Below the pieces are notes generated by a model. It searched no databases. It was not told the DNA's origin and saw nothing but the letters and a program-made list of their open reading frames with translations. Source: an uncultured Pseudomonadota bacterium (lineage in GTDB: Bacteria; Pseudomonadota; Gammaproteobacteria; Steroidobacterales; Steroidobacteraceae). From it: a stretch of DNA of 64,000 nucleotides. Below, one piece after another: positions 59,605 through 64,000 of this stretch. The position numbers and the translations under genes were made by a program. The stretch's first letter is position 1. Each line of letters begins with the position of its first letter. The stretch is taken from NCBI GenBank assembly GCA_963769065.1, contig CAVYKG010000010.1, positions 180,569 to 244,568 on the forward strand, read 5' to 3'.

Positions 59605-60797
59605 CCTTCGGGTTCCCTGACCCCTCCCGATGTCGTCGAGGCATCGGGAGGGGTCTCGCCGCTTGATGCCTTGGCGAGCTTGCCGACTCGCACCCCGAGC
59701 AGGCGAATTCGTCGCGACAGGTCGATGCGCTTCAGGCCCTGCCCGGCGAAACGCCGGATGGTGGCCGCATCGGCCGTGAATGCGGGCATCGTCGTGTCGC
59801 GCGTGACCGTCGCGAAGTCATCGAATCGCAGCTTGATGCCGATCGTTCTCCCGACGTAGCCCTTGCGCGCAAGGTCTGCGGCCACGTGTTCGCACAGGCC
59901 GGTGAAGATGCGGCCGAGCTCGGCACGGTCGCGCACGGCGTGCAGGTCGCGCTGAAGGTCGTCTCGCGGCTCATGCTCACCGGCTCGCGACTCGATCACC
60001 ACGGGCCGGTCGTCGCGGCCGAAGGCCACCTCGTGCAGCCAGGCGCCGTAACTCCTGCCGAAGGTTTCGATGAGCCACTGCGGTTCGCGGGCCGCAAGGT
60101 CGCCGATCGTGTGGATCCCGAGCGCTGCCAGCTTCGCGTCGGACTTCGGTCCGATCCCGTTGACCTTGCGGCAGGCGAGCGGCCAGATGCGCGACTCGAG
60201 GTCCGCCTCGGTGAGCACCGTGATGCCGTTCGGCTTCTGGAACTCGCTTGCGAGCTTTGCGAGCAGCTTGTTCGGCGCGACACCGATCGAGCAGGTGAGC
60301 CGCGTCGCAGCGAAGACGCGCTGCTGGATGAGCTCCGCGATCCGCCGGCCGCCTTCGATCTCCGCCTCCGGCACTTCGGTGAGATCGATGTAGACCTCGT
60401 CGATGCCGCGGTCCTGGATGATCGGCGCGATCTCGCGGATGGTGTCCTTGAAGAGACGCGAGAGCCGGCGCACCTCGTCGAAGTCGACCGGCAGCAGGAT
60501 GGCGTGCGGACAGAGCCGCGCGGCCTTCATCAACCCCATGGCCGAGCCGACGCCGAACTGCCGCGCCGGATAGGTCGCCGTGGTGATGACGCCGCGCCCG
60601 ACGTAGTCGGCGAGGCGCGGGAAATCATCGACCGGTATGCGATCGGTCGATGCGTGTGACGATTCGCGCCATTCGTCTTCGCGCCGACGGCGTCCGCCGA
60701 TCACGACCGGCAGCCCTTTCAGCTGTGGATAGCGCAGCAGCTCGACTGACGCGAAGAACGCGTCCATGTCGAGGTGCGCGATGCGGCGCGTGGCCAC
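59556..60797 (-). CDS. dinB: DNA polymerase IV with a short out-of-frame patch
   Basis: GTG at 60797 gives 'ATRRIAHLDMDAFFASVE...'. 'SIGVAPNKLLAKLAS', 'KVNGIGPKS' and other core motifs are in frame. The conserved 'S..SRETTF' block ('EPVSMSRETTF') is readable only in the frame of ORF 59732..59980, between about 59953 and 59988. The 3' end overlaps the GFA gene by 49 nt. Confidence 0.8.
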   Translation of the reverse strand: MATRRIAHLDMDAFFASVELLRYPQLKGLPVVIGGRRRREDEWRESSHASTDRIPVDDFPRLADYVGRGVITTATYPARQFGVGSAMGLMKAARLCPHAILLPVDFDEVRRLSRLFKDTIREIAPIIQDRGIDEVYIDLTEVPEAEIEGGRRIAELIQQRVFAATRLTCSIGVAPNKLLAKLASEFQKPNGITVLTEADLESRIWPLACRKVNGIGPKSDAKLAALGIHTIGDLAAREPQWLIETFGRSYGAWLHEVAFGRDDRPVVIESRAGEHEPRDDLQRDLHAVRDRAELGRIFTGLCEHVAADLARKGYVGRTIGIKLRFDDFATVTRDTTMPAFTADAATIRRFAGQGLKRIDLSRRIRLLGVRVGKLAKASSGETPPDASTTSGGVREPEGQAADFGQVKSGRRPA

Positions 60798-60808
60798 CGT
60801 CCGTTCGA

Positions 60809-62302
60809 TCAGTGCCGGTCGTGCTGCACGGAGGCGGCCGGCGCGGCGCCTTTCGCGGGCAGCACCTGCAGGTGCGCCATCATGCCGACCTCGGCGTGGT
60901 CGAGGATGTGACAGTGGTACATCCAGATGCCGGGTCGCTCGTCGAAGTCGATGGCAATGCGGACCTTCGATTTCACCGGCACATTGATGGTGTCCTTCCA
61001 TTCCGGCACACGCTTGTCGTCCAGCACCTGGAAGAAATAGCCGTGCAGATGGAAAGGATGATCGAAGGCGGAGTTGTTGACCAGCGTCCACACGTGCCGC
61101 TCGCCCACTCGCGCCACGAGTGGCTTCGCCCGCCAGTACGGTACACCGTTGATGCCCATTTCCACGCGTTCGCCGTCGAGGTTGATGGTCAGGTCCATCG
61201 TGTGCTCGACCACCTTCGCGGTGTCGACGGGCGCGATGTTGCGGAGCTTCTCCGGGATGACCGCGGGCTGCACCGGTGCGTCGGCGACGCTCACGATCGC
61301 CATGACGTTCTCCGGCGGCCGTGCCACGGTCGTGCCGTAGCCGCGATCGTAGGCGAGCCAGCGCAGATTGGTGCTCGAGCCCGGCTCGAGCGTCGGCGTG
61401 TAGACGAGATCCATCCGCTCGCCGGGCACGATGGAGATGCGCGGCAGTTGCTCGGAACGGGCCGCGAGGCCGTTGTCCCCGCCGAGGCGGGTGAAGACGT
61501 TGTTGCGCAAGGCAAACGTCCAGTAGCGCGAGCGCGCGGCGTTGATGATGCGCCAGCGCTGCTGCTTGCCTTGCCGCACCTTGAGCGTCGGCATCACGCG
61601 CCCGTTGATCAGCAGCACGCCGCCTTCGCGACCGAACAGGTCACCGAAATTGCCGCCCTCGTCCTTGGCCAACAGCTGTCGTGACGGATCGAGACTCATG
61701 TCCGACAGCATCAGCACCAGGTCGTCGCCGAACTCCTTCGGATCGGCGGGATCGGTGACGACGATCGGCCCGTACAGGCCGAAACCCACCTGCGCCGCCG
61801 AGTCGGCATGCGGGTGGTACCAGTAGGTACCCGCGTCGCGCAGCTGGAAGTCATAGGTGAACTCCCCGCCGGGCTGCACCAGTGGCTGCGTCAGCCCCGG
61901 TGTGCCATCCATGTCGTTCGGCACGCGCACGCCGTGCCAGTGGATCGTGGTGGGGTCGGGCAGCGAGTTGCGGAAGTGGACGATCAGGCGGTCGCCCTTC
62001 GCGGCGCGGATGTACGGCCCCGGCAGGAGGCCGTTGTACGTCCACACCTTGGTCTTGACGCCCGGCGTCAGCTCGAGCTCGACGATCCTGGCCTCGAGCG
62101 CGATCTCGAGGATGTGCGGGTCGGGGTTCAGGTCTTGCGGCTGCGGCAGGGCGAGCTCGCGATCCCAGCCGACGGGCTGGGCGACGTCGAGCGCGCCGAG
62201 TGCGGGCTCCGCGGCCTGCGCCGTGCCCGGCACCGACGCCAGGAGCAGCAGCGGCAACACGTCACGGAAGCGGGGCAGGACGGGAAGCAAGCCGTTTTCC
62301 AT
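60809..62302 (-). CDS. Multicopper oxidase (three-domain, laccase/CueO-like), secreted
   Basis: Copper ligand motifs 'HWHGV', 'WYHPH', 'HPFHLHG' and 'HCHILDHAEVGMM', preceded by a signal peptide. Confidence 0.85.
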   Translation of the reverse strand: MENGLLPVLPRFRDVLPLLLLASVPGTAQAAEPALGALDVAQPVGWDRELALPQPQDLNPDPHILEIALEARIVELELTPGVKTKVWTYNGLLPGPYIRAAKGDRLIVHFRNSLPDPTTIHWHGVRVPNDMDGTPGLTQPLVQPGGEFTYDFQLRDAGTYWYHPHADSAAQVGFGLYGPIVVTDPADPKEFGDDLVLMLSDMSLDPSRQLLAKDEGGNFGDLFGREGGVLLINGRVMPTLKVRQGKQQRWRIINAARSRYWTFALRNNVFTRLGGDNGLAARSEQLPRISIVPGERMDLVYTPTLEPGSSTNLRWLAYDRGYGTTVARPPENVMAIVSVADAPVQPAVIPEKLRNIAPVDTAKVVEHTMDLTINLDGERVEMGINGVPYWRAKPLVARVGERHVWTLVNNSAFDHPFHLHGYFFQVLDDKRVPEWKDTINVPVKSKVRIAIDFDERPGIWMYHCHILDHAEVGMMAHLQVLPAKGAAPAASVQHDRH

Positions 62303-62439
62303 ACAGCCACTTTTCGTGTCGCCGGGAGGGGCGTCAATAGTGGTTTGCCGTACCGGCACCCCCGAGGCTGGTGACTTCCGGCCCGCTCGCCTACGCTTCG
62401 GGCGTGATCGCCTCGCAAGGGACTGCAGGATTGGTACCC

Positions 62440-63627
62440 ATGCCCGAACGACTGCCGCTGTGGCCCATCCTGCTGTGCGCGCTGGCAGTGTTCTTCGACG
62501 GCTACGAAGCGCAGATGCTCGCGATGGCCATTCCGCTGCTGGCGAAGCACCTCGACGTGCCGCCGACCGCGTTCGCGCTCGCCGCCTCCGCCTCGCTTGC
62601 CGGAATGGCCATCGGCGCCCTCGTGCTCGGGCCGCTGTCGGACCGTCTCGGTCGTAAGCCCATGCTGCTCCTCAGCCTGCTGCTCTTCGGCGGTGGCACC
62701 CTCGCCGCCCTTACCCTCCGCAGTCCCGGCGAGCTCGCCGGCTGGCGCCTGCTGGCGGGCTGCGGCCTCGGCGCCGCCGTGCCAGTCACGATCGCGATGG
62801 TGTCGGAGTGGGCGCCGACCGCGAAACGCGTGCGCATCGTCACCCTGATGGCGATGGGTTTCCCCATCGGTGCGTCGTCCGCCGGTCTGATCGCACCGCT
62901 GCTCACGTCGCGCTGGGGCTGGGAAGGCCTGTTCGTCTACGGCGGTGTCGGACCGCTGATCATCGCGGCGCTCATCGCCGCGAGCGTGCGCGAACCGCCA
63001 CGGTCGCTGACCAGCGAGAAGCCGGTGTGGCGCCGCATCGGCGCGTTGTTCACGCCGCTGCTGCGTTCGCGCACCCTGCTGCTGTGTGCGCTGAACGTGG
63101 TGAATCTGTTTGCGAACTACGGGCTCGCCAGCTGGCTGCCGACCTTGCTGGTGCAGAACGGCTGGTCGCTGGCAGCCGCCTCGCGCGCCACCAGCCTGCT
63201 CGCCATCGGCGGCCTCTCCGGCAGCTTTCTCGCCTCCGGCATGGCCGACCGGGGTCGCATCGGGCTCGGGCTCGGCGGCGCGTACCTGATCGCCGCGACC
63301 GGGCTCGCGTTGTGCGCCACCAATCCGCAGTCGACGTTCGCGTGGGTCGTGCTGCTGATTCTCATCGGCTGCTCGATGGGCACGGCGCTGACGCTCGGCC
63401 CCCTCGCATCGGCACACTATCCGCCCGATCTGCGCGCCACCGGCGTCGGCTTCGCGAACGGCATCGGACGCTTCGGATCGCTGTTCGGTCCACTCGCGCT
63501 CGCAGCGCTGATGAACCAGCAGCTGTCGCCCTCCTACGTGCTGGGCACGCTGATGGTGCCGATGGTGTTCTGCGCGGTGCTGATCGGATGGCTCGCCAGA
63601 GTGTTGAGGCGCGCACCGGCCCAGTAG
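62440..63627 (+). CDS. MFS transporter (aromatic acid:H+ symporter-like)
   Basis: 'FFDGYEAQMLAMAIPLL', 'GPLSDRLGRKPMLL' and 'RLLAGCGLGAAVP'. Confidence 0.8.
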   Translation: MPERLPLWPILLCALAVFFDGYEAQMLAMAIPLLAKHLDVPPTAFALAASASLAGMAIGALVLGPLSDRLGRKPMLLLSLLLFGGGTLAALTLRSPGELAGWRLLAGCGLGAAVPVTIAMVSEWAPTAKRVRIVTLMAMGFPIGASSAGLIAPLLTSRWGWEGLFVYGGVGPLIIAALIAASVREPPRSLTSEKPVWRRIGALFTPLLRSRTLLLCALNVVNLFANYGLASWLPTLLVQNGWSLAAASRATSLLAIGGLSGSFLASGMADRGRIGLGLGGAYLIAATGLALCATNPQSTFAWVVLLILIGCSMGTALTLGPLASAHYPPDLRATGVGFANGIGRFGSLFGPLALAALMNQQLSPSYVLGTLMVPMVFCAVLIGWLARVLRRAPAQ

Positions 63628-63667
63628 ACTCGGCTGCAGCTGGACGCGACCCATCGAAGGAATCGAC

Positions 63668-64000
63668 ATGAGAACTGCAGGGATCCTCGCGAGTGCCGCT
63701 CTCGCTCTGCTTTGTGCGGGCCTGCTGCACGCCGCGCAGCCGGCACTGCCCTTCTCGCTCGAACAACTGAAGATCGGCCTGCCGGAGGCAGGTGCGCCGC
63801 GTGCGGTAGTCGGCGCGCACGCGGTCGTCACCGAACGAACGGCCGGAACGCCGGCGCTGCAGGTCTATCGACCGCGCGACCTCGCGCCGTTCACCGGTAC
63901 GAACGCGCTGCCCGTCGTCGTCTGGGGCAACGGCTCATGTCTCGCTGACAGCAGCCAGTTCGCCGGCTATCTCTCGACGATCGCCTCACACGGCTTCCTC
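63668..64000 (+). CDS. Secreted alpha/beta hydrolase (dienelactone-hydrolase/cutinase-like), 5' part only
   Basis: Not in the ORF track because it has no stop before the window end. My translation from ATG 63668 reads 'MRTAGILASAALALLCAGLLHAAQ...LPVVVWGNGSCLADSSQFAGYLSTIASHGFL'. Confidence 0.5.
   Translation, partial: MRTAGILASAALALLCAGLLHAAQPALPFSLEQLKIGLPEAGAPRAVVGAHAVVTERTAGTPALQVYRPRDLAPFTGTNALPVVVWGNGSCLADSSQFAGYLSTIASHGFL

Noticed and set aside
62128-63831. 567-aa antisense ORF over the AAHS-type MFS gene
   Set aside because: Low-complexity R/A/G/Q-rich translation, antisense to a convincing 12-TM transporter.

Overview
Very GC-rich, proteobacterial-looking chromosomal segment; a gammaproteobacterial origin is only a guess from gene content. 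About 65 protein-coding loci are packed on both strands, and many are joined by 1-4 nt start/stop overlaps (GTGA, ATGA, TGATG). By eye I found no rRNA, tRNA, CRISPR array, transposase or integrase. Recognisable content: an mdtABC-type RND efflux operon followed by an SDR gene; a catalase-related peroxidase coupled to cytochrome b561; and scattered housekeeping genes (rlmE, slyX, tpm, yghU, fghA, tag, dinB, ychJ, a cyclophilin). There are NHEJ parts (ku, plus a ligase-only ATP-dependent DNA ligase about 8 kb away), some aromatic/aldehyde catabolism genes (Rieske oxygenase, ALDH, quinohemoprotein alcohol dehydrogenase, multicopper oxidase, BenE and AAHS-type transporters), and many secreted NTF2/SnoaL-like or uncharacterised proteins. 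Most notable observations: (1) A six-gene, translationally coupled operon pairs a two-subunit phenylphosphate-synthase-like enzyme with BCCP, biotin carboxylase, a carboxyltransferase and a HAD-IIA phosphatase. (2) Frameshifts are strongly clustered. Some genes carry 8-10 or more frame changes, while about 9.6 kb of neighbouring genes carry none. This means either gene-specific decay or local indel errors in the assembly. (3) A 71-aa ORF coupled by GTGA to a RimI-like GNAT carries an exact copy of the GyrA/ParC 'LPDVRDGL' signature. (4) A kinase-like protein lacks the HRD aspartate and the DFG motif and is fused through a TM segment to a TonB-C-like domain. (5) A 611-aa secreted protein is an internal tandem duplication. 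All functional calls come from reading the translations against remembered family signatures; no searches were run.
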